Sequence record: NC_061446.1
Length of the DNA: 64,000 nt
Strand: one strand, 5' to 3'
The notes beneath the pieces were generated by a model. That model did no database searches. It was given only the letters and a program-made list of their open reading frames with translations, and was not told the origin of the DNA. Position numbers and translations under genes: made by a program. Shown one piece after another: positions 49,229-59,474 of this stretch (the first letter of the stretch is position 1; each line of letters opens with the position of its first letter).

Positions 49229-50152
49229 TTATACTAAAATGTTGCCGCTATCCCACCACTGCTTGCCGTAAATATCAGACAGGCGATAGTCAAGAATAAG
49301 TGGCTGGTCAAGGTCGACTTGCGTTATGGTTCGCATTAATGAAGGACTCCAAACTGTTTTCTCCTCAGTGTAGAGTCTAATCTCCAATTCAATGTCGCCT
49401 TGTGAGTTCTTCGGTACGAACGGACTGGAGAAGTCTCCATCAAAGCCCGCACCAAGAGAATCGTCAAAGTAAGTGTACGCACGAATTTCTTCCGCACTGT
49501 TAATCACGGTCGGCGCATACGTCTGACGGTTATAGTAGGACGTGTAGTCCGCAACGGTTGATTGCATTGGCACACGTCGCTTGTAGATACGTGTTACACC
49601 TTTGCTGTCTGTTTCTGCGCGGTACTGATTGTAATACCAGTTTATCTGCGCAAACTTAACAGGCTTCAAAGTCTCCTGCCCGGCAGCGTACTTCATGAAC
49701 GGCTTCGCAGTGAAACGGTGGTATGTCTTCTGCGTGTTCAATCGGTAAAGCAGAATCTGGTACGTGTACCACTGATAAACATCAAGGGTAATCGTTCCTG
49801 AGTCAGACTGTTGCGTACCGTTAGTCAGGATGTAGGAGAAGCAGTCAGCACCAACGTAACCACTTCTCGGACTGTAGATAAACGCTTCGTTGAAAGTGTT
49901 TAGCCGCACAGTGCCTACCATAGGGTCATTGACCTTAATAGCAGAAAGGCGCCAACCCCTTTGAGCTGGCACCTTATCAAGCACACCCTCAGTAGGGCTA
50001 TGCAGTGTCACTTCATCACGAGCGCCCTGTAAGATCTTTTCGAGTGTTATCTCAGTTTCACCTGAGTTACGCACCCGCACTGTCAGGTTCGGAGCCAGTG
50101 GCTTATAGTTACGCCAGTAGTCGAACGTACAAGGCAAAGAGAGCATAATCAC
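49229..50152 (-). CDS. Virion protein with a cadherin/Big-like Ig domain
   Basis: GTVRLNTFNEAFIYSPRSGYVGADCFSYILTNG. Confidence 0.65.
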   Translation of the reverse strand: MIMLSLPCTFDYWRNYKPLAPNLTVRVRNSGETEITLEKILQGARDEVTLHSPTEGVLDKVPAQRGWRLSAIKVNDPMVGTVRLNTFNEAFIYSPRSGYVGADCFSYILTNGTQQSDSGTITLDVYQWYTYQILLYRLNTQKTYHRFTAKPFMKYAAGQETLKPVKFAQINWYYNQYRAETDSKGVTRIYKRRVPMQSTVADYTSYYNRQTYAPTVINSAEEIRAYTYFDDSLGAGFDGDFSSPFVPKNSQGDIELEIRLYTEEKTVWSPSLMRTITQVDLDQPLILDYRLSDIYGKQWWDSGNILV

Positions 50153-52107
50153 TCCAGTTTGTATTTGCTCTTGAACTCCGCAATGCTCATAACAGGAATG
50201 CCCTTGTCAATCGCTTTCTGTAGCTTCGCGGAACCAGAGCCAGGGTCTTTAGCGATCAGTATCGTCGTATCAGCTTTCATGCTGTCAGACGCTGTACCGC
50301 CAAGTTGGACAATACGTTGCATCAATTCTTTATCGCGGATGCCTGTGAACGCTACGTTAATCCCTTTCAGTTTGGCGCTAACCACCTTCACCTTCTTCGG
50401 AGCAACGAGAGTCACTTCCATCTCAACAGCCATCAGATAAGACTTAATGGCCGCATCTGCGATCTGTGGAGCCAGCTTATCAACACCGTGCATACTGCTA
50501 ATCTTTGTTGCTAGGTCAGCAGTATTACCTTTCTTCAAATAAGATTCGAGGTTAGGCACAGCATCAACAACCTTATCAAACGTCGTGTTAGCGCCGCGCA
50601 TGAAGTATGAAGCGGTAGCTTTAAGCCACGTATTCATCGGTACGCCAGCTTTCAACGCTTTCAGGTCTTTGGCCAGTTGACGACCACGAGAGTCACCAAC
50701 GATCTCACGCAACGTTGCCATAGGAGTCATGAACAATTGCTGAGGAGTTTTAACACCTGAAGCAACAAGCAGTTTACACGTACTCGGTCCAGTGTTCGCA
50801 ACGTCAAGCCCTTTCAAGAACGAGCCAAGCATACGAGAGTCAGCAGCACTGGTCTTCGTCTTAGCAACGAACTCAACGCCATTGATCTTGTACTGTACGT
50901 CAGGCAGCTTAGGCTTCTTAGCAGGCTTGAGAATCTCCATGATGTATGGGATTACCTTGCCGCTTCGAATCAACTTAACCTTAGCACCTGGGCCAAGAGG
51001 ACGCTTAGGTCCCATGACAGCACCTTTCTTCTTGGGCTTGAGATAGCCGTGCTCAACGTAGAAACCGTTGTGCGCAGAAGCACGTTCAACCGTAACACCG
51101 CCAGGCATAACAGTAGGCGGGAAGATTGCAACAGGAGCCAGCACACCGTACTTGGACTCTTGATAGATTACGTCTTTGACAGTCACGATAACAGTGTCCG
51201 ACTCAACGTTCATCTTGAACTTGAAAGCGTGTTTAGGATTGCTCGCAGTAGCTTTCGGCGTAGGAACATCGCGGGTCATTACAATCCCATCGAGTTCATA
51301 CTTTGCCTTAGCGATGCGTTTGTCCAACCACGGAATGAGTTCTTCTTCCGACTCAAAACGCATAGGGCCGAAGTGGCGAACTACTTCGAATCCCCATTTC
51401 TCCAGCAGCTTGAACTGCGAAGACTGTTTGAGTGTAGCACCTTTACCGCCGATGATACCGAAGCATACCATGTGGACGTACTTGAACTCTTTCGCTGTTT
51501 CGAAGTTACGCACCAGACCGGACGCTGCGTTACGAGCGGCTTTGAAGCGACCACCAGCAGACTCATGCAGCTTTGCCATAAAGGTCTTGTATGGTATTAA
51601 CGCTTCACAGCGTAACACCACTTGGCCCTTCTCAGAGATTTTCTGAGGAATACGCATAGCAGGCAGGTGCTGCGACACGTCTTTACCATGAGTTGCATCG
51701 CCACGAGTAAGCGCACGAACAGGCACGCCACCCTCGTAAACGATTTCAATACTCAGGCCGTCGAGCTTGTCAGTCAGAATCCAGTCAACGTCTTCGGCGA
51801 GAGCTTTGGTTAGTTGCTTACCACCCAGAGTGAACTGGTCGAGACTTGCCATTGGCACAGGCAGCTTAACGTCTGAATCATCACGCGCACCAACCTTGCG
51901 CGCCAGCTTAGATTTAGGCCAGCGCTTGTCGATGTAGGTACGGATGTAGTCGTACACAGCGTCCGATATCAGACCTTCCGAATCAGTGTGGAACGCATCA
52001 TCAAGATGCGCCACAAGTTTCGTTGCCTGCGTCAAATTGAGCGTGTCGAGAACCTTATCAGGATTCTTTTCGAGCCGCTTCAAAGAGATTTGCATGTTAT
52101 TCTCCAT
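50149..52107 (-). CDS. ligA: NAD-dependent DNA ligase
   Basis: Motif I KLDGLS, ALTRGD, LRCEA, RNAASG, ELDGIV, AFKF, OB fold, HhH, C-terminal BRCT (VAFTG). Confidence 0.95.
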   Translation of the reverse strand: MENNMQISLKRLEKNPDKVLDTLNLTQATKLVAHLDDAFHTDSEGLISDAVYDYIRTYIDKRWPKSKLARKVGARDDSDVKLPVPMASLDQFTLGGKQLTKALAEDVDWILTDKLDGLSIEIVYEGGVPVRALTRGDATHGKDVSQHLPAMRIPQKISEKGQVVLRCEALIPYKTFMAKLHESAGGRFKAARNAASGLVRNFETAKEFKYVHMVCFGIIGGKGATLKQSSQFKLLEKWGFEVVRHFGPMRFESEEELIPWLDKRIAKAKYELDGIVMTRDVPTPKATASNPKHAFKFKMNVESDTVIVTVKDVIYQESKYGVLAPVAIFPPTVMPGGVTVERASAHNGFYVEHGYLKPKKKGAVMGPKRPLGPGAKVKLIRSGKVIPYIMEILKPAKKPKLPDVQYKINGVEFVAKTKTSAADSRMLGSFLKGLDVANTGPSTCKLLVASGVKTPQQLFMTPMATLREIVGDSRGRQLAKDLKALKAGVPMNTWLKATASYFMRGANTTFDKVVDAVPNLESYLKKGNTADLATKISSMHGVDKLAPQIADAAIKSYLMAVEMEVTLVAPKKVKVVSAKLKGINVAFTGIRDKELMQRIVQLGGTASDSMKADTTILIAKDPGSGSAKLQKAIDKGIPVMSIAEFKSKYKLE

Positions 52108-52133
52108 TCGTCAGTAACACTGGTATTTACAGT

Positions 52134-54020
52134 CTAGCTGGCGATTGGGTCTTTGTTGACGGGATAATCTTCGGCCATGTCGAGCACACGATTGAACAGC
52201 TTAGGCGCCATATCCTTCACATGTTCTGCATAGTCAAAGAGGTTCTGTTTACGCGCACGGTTAACACGTACCTGACGTACTTCATCAGGGCTGTTGGTAA
52301 TATCGTACAGCGTATAGATAACGATGTTGTCGGATTTGGAGTGGGTGCTAACACGCAACACAACCCAATCGCGTTTCAACTTAGCATCAGCACGGAACTG
52401 GAGCACGTCGCCTTCTTCTGCTTCCTCTGCGCGAGCGCTTGGAGTAGATTTGTTGGCAGCAGCGATTTTCTTCGCTGTCTCTTTCGATTCCTGCTCGGCA
52501 GCAGCAACGTCAGAGTCCGTGTCTTCGTCGGCAGATGTTTCGTCTACTGCATCAGATGTGTCTGCATCATCTTCGGCGTCTGAGGCATCTTCGTCGCTGT
52601 CGTCAGATTCTGATTCATCTTCACCTTCCGAATCAGCTCCTCCGTCGTCGGCATCGTCATCATCCACGGATTCGGCGCTGGAGTCGTCCCCCTCATCAGA
52701 ATCGTCTGTATCGCTATCGTCAGAGTCTTCTTCCACATCGGTGTCTTCCTCTTCTTCGCCGTCATCTTCGGAAGTGTCTTCGTCCTCTGAAGGTTCTTCT
52801 TCCTCTTCTTCATCGGCTGGTGCAGGTGCAGCTTTCTTGCCTTTAGCACGAACCTTAGGCGGAGGAGTATCTTCCTCATCCTCTTCCGGTTCGTCAATAT
52901 CAGACAGATCGAGAGAAGGTTCTTCGTGGTCTTCTGAGTCATCACCGCCAAACAGTGAGCCTACAGAATCTTCGATGTTGAACGCATCGCCAGCGAATGG
53001 ACTACGAGACAGAATATCTTCCAGCTTCTGCTCGTCGAGGTCAAGATCGATACCTACTTCTTCGATCTCGTCATCCAGGATTTCTTCTTCAACCACACGA
53101 ACACGCTTACCACGACGGTCAATACCATCTTCGTAGACAGTGCGCACTTCGGCTTTAGGCGCTTCGATCTCACCTGACTTAACCTTGTTACGCAGGTCAC
53201 GCATTTCAGCAGAACGCTCTAAGGCTCTCTTACGCGCTTCTTTCTGGAGTTCTTTGCGTTGTTGCTTCTGCTCCAGAACCTTCGCGTTGTTGGCCAGGCG
53301 TGTTGCTTCTTCCTGCTCTTCCTGAGAACGGCGGCGAGCACGACGCACAACACGGCGATAAGCCTTAATCGTATCTACGTCAACTGTACCTTTCGGCCAG
53401 TCGTTCATTGGCAGAATGTTGGTGTCATGAATCAGCAGGTCATACTGCGCATCATCGACTTTGAGGAACATGCCCTCAGAGTTAATGACGATGCCGCCTT
53501 TACCCTGACGCAAGAAACGAACACCAATCATGTCGTTCTTGTACAGCTTGGTCATACCCTTAGAAGTCTTCACAGGGTATTCTGGACTTGCGACCATGCG
53601 CCACTGGTAGTTATCAAAGTCGATGCCGTAGACAGCTTCTGACTTGACCTTACGCGGGCTGAAACGCGCCGCATCGAACTGAGAGCGCATTAACTGACGC
53701 TGCAATGTTTGTGCACCAGCAGTCTTGGTGCGTTTACCTTCACGGTTAACAACGTCTGGCACCTTACGCAGTTTAGATGCGCGTTCAATCAAGAACAGGC
53801 CAGTTGCTTTATCAAGCGGGAAGTCAACGTGCGGCATATCTGGGAAAATGAGAGTGTAGCGTCCGCCATTACGCAGCGGGAGAATGCCGAATACATCGCC
53901 TTCACGAATCATGCGCTTATGCGTTCGTTGTGCGACTTCTTTTCCACGAGGACCTGTATACTTCATCCACGCGTACTTCGACACGGCATCCTGATAAGAT
54001 GCAGATACGGAAAGTACCAT
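52134..54020 (-). CDS. Putative head-internal protein: two copies of the shared domain, coiled coil, acidic tract
   Basis: MVLSVSAS N-terminus; WMKYTG...EGDVFGI and YQWRMV...KNDMIGV repeats; ~190-aa D/E-rich tract. Confidence 0.7.
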   Translation of the reverse strand: MVLSVSASYQDAVSKYAWMKYTGPRGKEVAQRTHKRMIREGDVFGILPLRNGGRYTLIFPDMPHVDFPLDKATGLFLIERASKLRKVPDVVNREGKRTKTAGAQTLQRQLMRSQFDAARFSPRKVKSEAVYGIDFDNYQWRMVASPEYPVKTSKGMTKLYKNDMIGVRFLRQGKGGIVINSEGMFLKVDDAQYDLLIHDTNILPMNDWPKGTVDVDTIKAYRRVVRRARRRSQEEQEEATRLANNAKVLEQKQQRKELQKEARKRALERSAEMRDLRNKVKSGEIEAPKAEVRTVYEDGIDRRGKRVRVVEEEILDDEIEEVGIDLDLDEQKLEDILSRSPFAGDAFNIEDSVGSLFGGDDSEDHEEPSLDLSDIDEPEEDEEDTPPPKVRAKGKKAAPAPADEEEEEEPSEDEDTSEDDGEEEEDTDVEEDSDDSDTDDSDEGDDSSAESVDDDDADDGGADSEGEDESESDDSDEDASDAEDDADTSDAVDETSADEDTDSDVAAAEQESKETAKKIAAANKSTPSARAEEAEEGDVLQFRADAKLKRDWVVLRVSTHSKSDNIVIYTLYDITNSPDEVRQVRVNRARKQNLFDYAEHVKDMAPKLFNRVLDMAEDYPVNKDPIAS

Positions 54021-54053
54021 GTTATTGTCTCTATGTTATACAAACACACGATG

Positions 54054-54061
54054 AAATTAGC
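54054..54061 (-). promoter_or_regulatory. GCTAATTT putative late-promoter motif
   Basis: 34 nt upstream of start 54020. Confidence 0.65.
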
Positions 54062-54073
54062 TTGCGCAAGGTA

Positions 54074-54095
54074 AAGCGGGGATTAACCCCCGCTT
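54074..54095 (-). terminator. Hairpin over the stop codon, possibly a weak terminator
   Basis: AAGCGGGG-GTTAAT-CCCCGCTT with a short U tract. Confidence 0.45.
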
Positions 54096-57000
54096 AAATA
54101 TCCTCTCGCGGCACAAGACATAGAACCACAAGATTCTTCACACACGGTAATCTGCGCCCAAGTCCAGTAACCGTTAGGCTGCTGGATAGCATACACCACA
54201 GAAGGATCGAAGCCCCAGACCTGAGTAGCGTTTTGCAGCGCCTCAAGTTCCGTAGCAAAATAGCCCTCTTCAAGAGGCTTATCAATCGAACCATGGTTAG
54301 GCTCTACAGTCCACGCTTCAACTACAGGCGCAAGAACTGCATAGACCTTGCTGTTGGCCTTACGTGTCTTCTGTACTGCAACACGAATCGGCTTAGGCGT
54401 AACAGGATTACCCGCCTGACGAGCAACAGGGATGACCGTGCCTGTATTGATCTGACGATTACCCAGCTCCTCAGTCTTACCTGATTGACTTGTTTTAATG
54501 TACTGACTCTCAATGAGATGACGATACACGATAGGGTTTTCGTAGACGGCAGGGCCATACGCTTCTACTTGTCCTGCAATCGGCTTAGTCTGATACCAGT
54601 CGCCTTTCGCTGTATCTACCTTATACCACACAGGGTGCTCCGAACGCTCAGGCGTTGAAGGGTCCACATGATAAATTGGCGGAATAGGGAAGCGACGGAC
54701 AAACGGAATCTCAGGCAAGAATAGAACAATAGGATGATAGATTGGATCAACATACGCAGCAATCATTGCGTCTACTTTGTACGTTGTCGTTTCTGCTATC
54801 CATTGTGGTCTCGCCCAGCCGACATGATAAACCGCAGCTGGTGGAACATAGCGAGCTTCGGTCATCTCTTGCGAATACACACCACCAACAGATGCTTGGC
54901 GTGGCGCAAGTGGTTCGACGTGATTCAGTCCTAAATCAGTAACGTACCGAGGTACAAGTTCGTCAGCAGGGTAGACACCCTTAGGCTGCGTATACTTCGG
55001 TAGAATCTGATCAGACTTGGCCTTGATGCCAGAACGATACTGAGGCTTACGCAGATCGAAATACTGCGGAGCTTCATCCAGATGCTCAATGAAGTTGTTG
55101 ATGAACGTGTCACTAACAACATAAAGAGCCTCAGTGAAGTCAGGCCAGAACGTGTCAGAGACAACAGCCGGTCCTTCAATCGCTTCAAACAGAGGGAACG
55201 AGTCAGCCGTGTCAACGGTACCCTGAGTTAGTTCAAACAGAGGGAAGGTATCTGAGGTAACACTCTCGGTCTTATCGACAAACGCAGGTAGAGGTGTCGT
55301 TGTAATAACGTCCTTCTGGCCTTGCGTAAGTTCGAACAGATCAAACTTGTCGATAACAATGTCCGAGCGAGCGATAAGGTCGAACATGCGGAAGTTATCC
55401 ACAAAGTCCTTGTGACCAGTATCGAACTCAGGACCAGCAACTGTCTGACCAATCAGTGCAGAACCAGCTTCGACCGTACGGCCTGTAGAATCTCCAACGT
55501 GCGTCTGCGCGTCTTCGAACTCAAGCCACTGCAACTGTTTATCCAGCTCAGGGTCATACACAGGGGTGACGACAACAACCGCACTGCCTTGTGCTTCATA
55601 CGATCTGGTGGAGAACGCATCGAACGCCTGCGTATCGCCTTCGCCGTATGCTGCATCGAACATCTGAATGGCGTGTTCCGAGTAAGCAGTATACGACGGG
55701 TCAACCGTCATATCATACAGCCACCCGAATGCAGCATCGCCAAACATTAACGTGTGTGGTTGATTGTGCGACGGAAGCCCGTAGATCTTGAGCATCGTGT
55801 CTGCACATTCAAACGGACCGATATGCAGGTCTTGCTCTTTGTACACACCACGAGAATCAAGTTCCTGTTCGACACGCACACCATCAACGTCAAGCAGCAT
55901 ACCCGCAGGAACGGTGATGTACGTCCAGAAGTTATCTGGGATGTTATCGACAAACAGGTCACCACTATCGCCCATAACATAACGCTCTGCGCGTTTAGTC
56001 GGGGCCGGTGTACCGAGCCATTGAGCGTCAGCCCACACGTACCATTCATAGTTGTACTGATCAGAATGGAATTTAATCGTGTATTGCTTGTTCTCTGTAG
56101 GCGTGAACTTGATGTTGGTTGTGCCATTGACAGGCAGAGTAACAGTCTGACCACCCTGTGAAAACTCTGCACCAGTCGTGTCGATAGTTAGCGTTAGAGG
56201 GATTGTGCCGGTGTTTTTGAACACATCCGACTGCACCTGTTTACCGACAGGCATATACGCCCAGTGGCGCCCTACATCGATCTGCGCTTCGACAATCGTA
56301 TACAGACCAAAGCGAGAATTACCTTGACCGACCGTTACGTCAATGCGTGTGGTATCATTGTTGTGTAGAACTTCAAAGCCCAGCTTTTGATTGTTGCGAA
56401 TGAATACAGGCATAGTTGCCAGCACACCATCCACATAAATCTTAACTCGGTCGTAGTCTTCTACACCATCCACCAGCACGGACACAGGCACGGACACGTT
56501 AATGCCACTGATAGTAACATCTTCGGTGCGGTTCCATGTGTCGTTGTCGATGCCTAAGATGTTCTGCCACGCAAAAGCATTCGGCGTATCGTCAGCTTTC
56601 ATCTCGAACTGATAAACAGATCGACCGATAGAAATCGGGAACGACGTGCTGGTGATATACGCATGACTCAGCGTGATAGTAACTTCCTGACCATCAAACA
56701 CTTTCGTCACAGGCACAGTTGTGGTAGTCGTGACCTCTTTGCCGTCAACAATATCAGTTGTAGTAACATCAATCGTCGCTGCAACAGTCACACCAGCAGG
56801 AGCAGTGATAGGCAGACCGATATCAGGGTCACCAGCATCAACAATCACTTTGAACTTAACAGTCTGTCCTAAGTCTACAGCACTCAGGTCAGGCATGTTC
56901 ACCGTATAGTCACGGATAGCGATATGTTTCAGACCAGTGGTTGGACGTGCTGCATAATAGAACAGACGGTCGTAGGTATCTTCCTGAGTGTAGGGAGGAG

Positions 57001-58219
57001 TCAGAAGTTCGACATAAGGCCAACCGGAGCGTGTCTGCGTAGGCGTGTCAGCAGTAGCGAAGTCAAACAGCGCATTGCTACCGTTCGTGTCCATACCAGC
57101 AACTAACTTACCACCAGCATCGGTCCATGAAGCAGTCGTGTTAAACACAACAAGGTCATTCGCTACGAGAGGACGAGCCGCCACGTTTTGAACGTTGTCA
57201 CGCAGGTTGAACTGATAGATGTTTGTACCGTCATGCCCGAATACAAGCAGCGAGCTAGGAACAAACTGATACCAGAAGACGTTTGTAGGAGCAGCGGCAG
57301 TATTACCACCAATCAGCCTACCGTCAAGAGTTGAAAGCACGTCATAACTGTCAGAGCCGTTAACGTAGAAGTAGTCTGACTTAACAGACGTTTCAACAAA
57401 CGAGGCATTCAGGTAATGCGCACGTCCGTCTTTATCAAACGCAACATAGCTATCAACAGTATTGGTGCCTACGCCAGCACGACGACAGACAACTCGGTTG
57501 ACCGCATAACCAAGCTGTTTAGGCTCACCGAACTGCGTCATAGCCTCATCGAGTATGTCAACTTGACCAGACTCGTGGAAGACTACGGCGCTACGCTTGC
57601 CTGTTGAGTCGTAGCTGATCTTATAGCCCGCAATATCAACTTCATACATGCCGCCGAAGATTTTCGTTTTCGACACGTCGCCGTCGGTGTGGATGTAATA
57701 CAGAGCACGAGCAGCACGATCATGAACGATTGATACAGGCTTTGTTAAATCAAAGAACGTGGATTCAAAATCCGAGAACTTAGCCACGCTGCCCTGTTGC
57801 ATATCCTGCACGGTAGGGATTCGAACACCACCACCGAGTACAAGACCGCCATACGTTGGGTTGACAGCAGCGCCAAGAGGCATAGCGTCCATACCCTTCG
57901 TTACAAGTCGGTAGTCCAGCTCTTTCGTCTGCGGTTTAACGAAGATGCGAGACAGTGAATGCACAAGCACCCACAAATCACCGTCCTTGTAATACAGCAA
58001 AACAGGTTGCGTTGCAGAGGCAGAGACCGTTACTGTGGCCGCAAGGGCAACAGCATAGTCAGAACCAGAACTCGGCGAGATATCCTTTTCTGTAGTTGAA
58101 TCAGCAAACGTACCGCCAGATACACGAAACGTCAGCGTGTCAGTATGGCCTGAAACTGTTACGTTACCAGACCAAGACTGAGCACCAGTAGCTGATACAA
58201 CAGGAATCATTTCAGCCAT
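54083..58219 (-). CDS. Large virion structural protein, 1378 aa
   Basis: Beta-propeller/Ig-like N-half, FxLFE repeats, Pro/Tyr-rich extended region, Cys-rich C-terminus. Confidence 0.7.
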   Translation of the reverse strand: MAEMIPVVSATGAQSWSGNVTVSGHTDTLTFRVSGGTFADSTTEKDISPSSGSDYAVALAATVTVSASATQPVLLYYKDGDLWVLVHSLSRIFVKPQTKELDYRLVTKGMDAMPLGAAVNPTYGGLVLGGGVRIPTVQDMQQGSVAKFSDFESTFFDLTKPVSIVHDRAARALYYIHTDGDVSKTKIFGGMYEVDIAGYKISYDSTGKRSAVVFHESGQVDILDEAMTQFGEPKQLGYAVNRVVCRRAGVGTNTVDSYVAFDKDGRAHYLNASFVETSVKSDYFYVNGSDSYDVLSTLDGRLIGGNTAAAPTNVFWYQFVPSSLLVFGHDGTNIYQFNLRDNVQNVAARPLVANDLVVFNTTASWTDAGGKLVAGMDTNGSNALFDFATADTPTQTRSGWPYVELLTPPYTQEDTYDRLFYYAARPTTGLKHIAIRDYTVNMPDLSAVDLGQTVKFKVIVDAGDPDIGLPITAPAGVTVAATIDVTTTDIVDGKEVTTTTTVPVTKVFDGQEVTITLSHAYITSTSFPISIGRSVYQFEMKADDTPNAFAWQNILGIDNDTWNRTEDVTISGINVSVPVSVLVDGVEDYDRVKIYVDGVLATMPVFIRNNQKLGFEVLHNNDTTRIDVTVGQGNSRFGLYTIVEAQIDVGRHWAYMPVGKQVQSDVFKNTGTIPLTLTIDTTGAEFSQGGQTVTLPVNGTTNIKFTPTENKQYTIKFHSDQYNYEWYVWADAQWLGTPAPTKRAERYVMGDSGDLFVDNIPDNFWTYITVPAGMLLDVDGVRVEQELDSRGVYKEQDLHIGPFECADTMLKIYGLPSHNQPHTLMFGDAAFGWLYDMTVDPSYTAYSEHAIQMFDAAYGEGDTQAFDAFSTRSYEAQGSAVVVVTPVYDPELDKQLQWLEFEDAQTHVGDSTGRTVEAGSALIGQTVAGPEFDTGHKDFVDNFRMFDLIARSDIVIDKFDLFELTQGQKDVITTTPLPAFVDKTESVTSDTFPLFELTQGTVDTADSFPLFEAIEGPAVVSDTFWPDFTEALYVVSDTFINNFIEHLDEAPQYFDLRKPQYRSGIKAKSDQILPKYTQPKGVYPADELVPRYVTDLGLNHVEPLAPRQASVGGVYSQEMTEARYVPPAAVYHVGWARPQWIAETTTYKVDAMIAAYVDPIYHPIVLFLPEIPFVRRFPIPPIYHVDPSTPERSEHPVWYKVDTAKGDWYQTKPIAGQVEAYGPAVYENPIVYRHLIESQYIKTSQSGKTEELGNRQINTGTVIPVARQAGNPVTPKPIRVAVQKTRKANSKVYAVLAPVVEAWTVEPNHGSIDKPLEEGYFATELEALQNATQVWGFDPSVVYAIQQPNGYWTWAQITVCEESCGSMSCAARGYLSGG

Positions 58220-58243
58220 TGTTCACCTCACGAAACAGAAACT

Positions 58244-58267
58244 AAAAAGGGCGCCCGAAGGCACCCT
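58244..58267 (-). terminator. Rho-independent terminator
   Basis: AGGGTGCC-TTCG-GGCGCCCT-TTTT. Confidence 0.85.
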
Positions 58268-58274
58268 GTGAGGA

Positions 58275-59456
58275 TTAGGCTCCGGCGCCTTCTGGGGCTT
58301 TATAGCCCTGCAGGAAGAAAATACGCATACCGGTGTTGTTCGGACTGTTAGCAGTCAGAGCTTTGTAGGTACGCTTCTTCGCGGTGCTACCATCGTCTTC
58401 GGTCTCGTTGTACACCTGCACGTCGATCAGAGTACCGTTGGAGATAACGTCAGCAGACGCATAACCAACCATATCCATTTCGTACGGGTAGCTGTAGCGC
58501 TGGGTGTTGAAGCCAGCAGGCAGACGGAAGTCGAAGTGGTTGTCTTCTGAGAACGGAACCATCTGATACGGGTTCAGTACAGCAGAGCTATCTGCGCTGT
58601 GGATGTGTGCAGGTGCAGGCAGAGTCGGTGCGTTTACATCAGACTCACGCACAGTAAAGCGCATGATCTGATAGGAACCAGGGCTACCCGGAACAGGACG
58701 CACTTCATCGCTATTGTTCATGGAGCCACCGCCGTTCACAGAGAACATGCAGAACAGTGGAGCTTTACCATCAACAACCACAGTGCCGTCAGAGTTGATA
58801 GCACGTTGAATAACGAACCACGCACCGCGGCAGCCATCAGAGTCACGACCTTCAACCTGAATGTGAACGGCAACACCGTGATCAGACAGAGAGATGTGGT
58901 ACGTGAACGGGGTAGCTTCCGGGTCAGCAAAGATCAGGCTGTCAGAGCTAGTCTGGCCAGTCGGCTGAGTAGTTGCTGGCGGGTATGCCATAGTACCAGC
59001 GTACCACGTAGTGTTACCAGTGTTGACAACACCACGGTGCCAGAAGAACACTTCGTTGTTACCGCTTTGCGCAGTGAACTGGCTATTGGTAGAACGACCA
59101 CCAATCTGACCAGCATACTCTGCAATAGTGTTTGAGCTGATATTCACAGCACCAGTTTTAGATATGGTGCCCGTGTCAGAGATCTGCTCAGGTGCAGCAC
59201 AGAAAAGCTGAGTACGAATCTCAGTACCTTTCATGGCCAAACGCCAGCGCTGTTGTCCAACACCAGTTCCTGCCAGCGGGTCAATAGTGCTGGTGGCTTC
59301 AACAACAAACGACTGTAGGTCAGTCGAAGGGATAGTTGAAGAAATAGTGCCGTTGACACTCACCAGCTTGAAGCCGTTATCAACCAAATCCTGCAGGATT
59401 GATTTCCACATTTTCAGGTTGCTGGTGAAGCCAGATTTCACGATCAGTTTGTTCAT
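58275..59456 (-). CDS. Virion fibre/structural protein, paralog A
   Basis: Shares DHG.A.H...EG, WFV.QR, PLF..FS, NP.Q, NTQRY, DM.GY.SADV with 59475..60461. Confidence 0.75.
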   Translation of the reverse strand: MNKLIVKSGFTSNLKMWKSILQDLVDNGFKLVSVNGTISSTIPSTDLQSFVVEATSTIDPLAGTGVGQQRWRLAMKGTEIRTQLFCAAPEQISDTGTISKTGAVNISSNTIAEYAGQIGGRSTNSQFTAQSGNNEVFFWHRGVVNTGNTTWYAGTMAYPPATTQPTGQTSSDSLIFADPEATPFTYHISLSDHGVAVHIQVEGRDSDGCRGAWFVIQRAINSDGTVVVDGKAPLFCMFSVNGGGSMNNSDEVRPVPGSPGSYQIMRFTVRESDVNAPTLPAPAHIHSADSSAVLNPYQMVPFSEDNHFDFRLPAGFNTQRYSYPYEMDMVGYASADVISNGTLIDVQVYNETEDDGSTAKKRTYKALTANSPNNTGMRIFFLQGYKAPEGAGA

Positions 59457-59474
59457 GAGTTGTTATCCCCTTAA

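Noticed and set aside
54083-54100. C-terminal diglycine (LSGG; also RRGG at 34284) as a ubiquitin-like conjugation signal
   Set aside because: No beta-grasp domain or E1/E2 genes in the window; likely chance.
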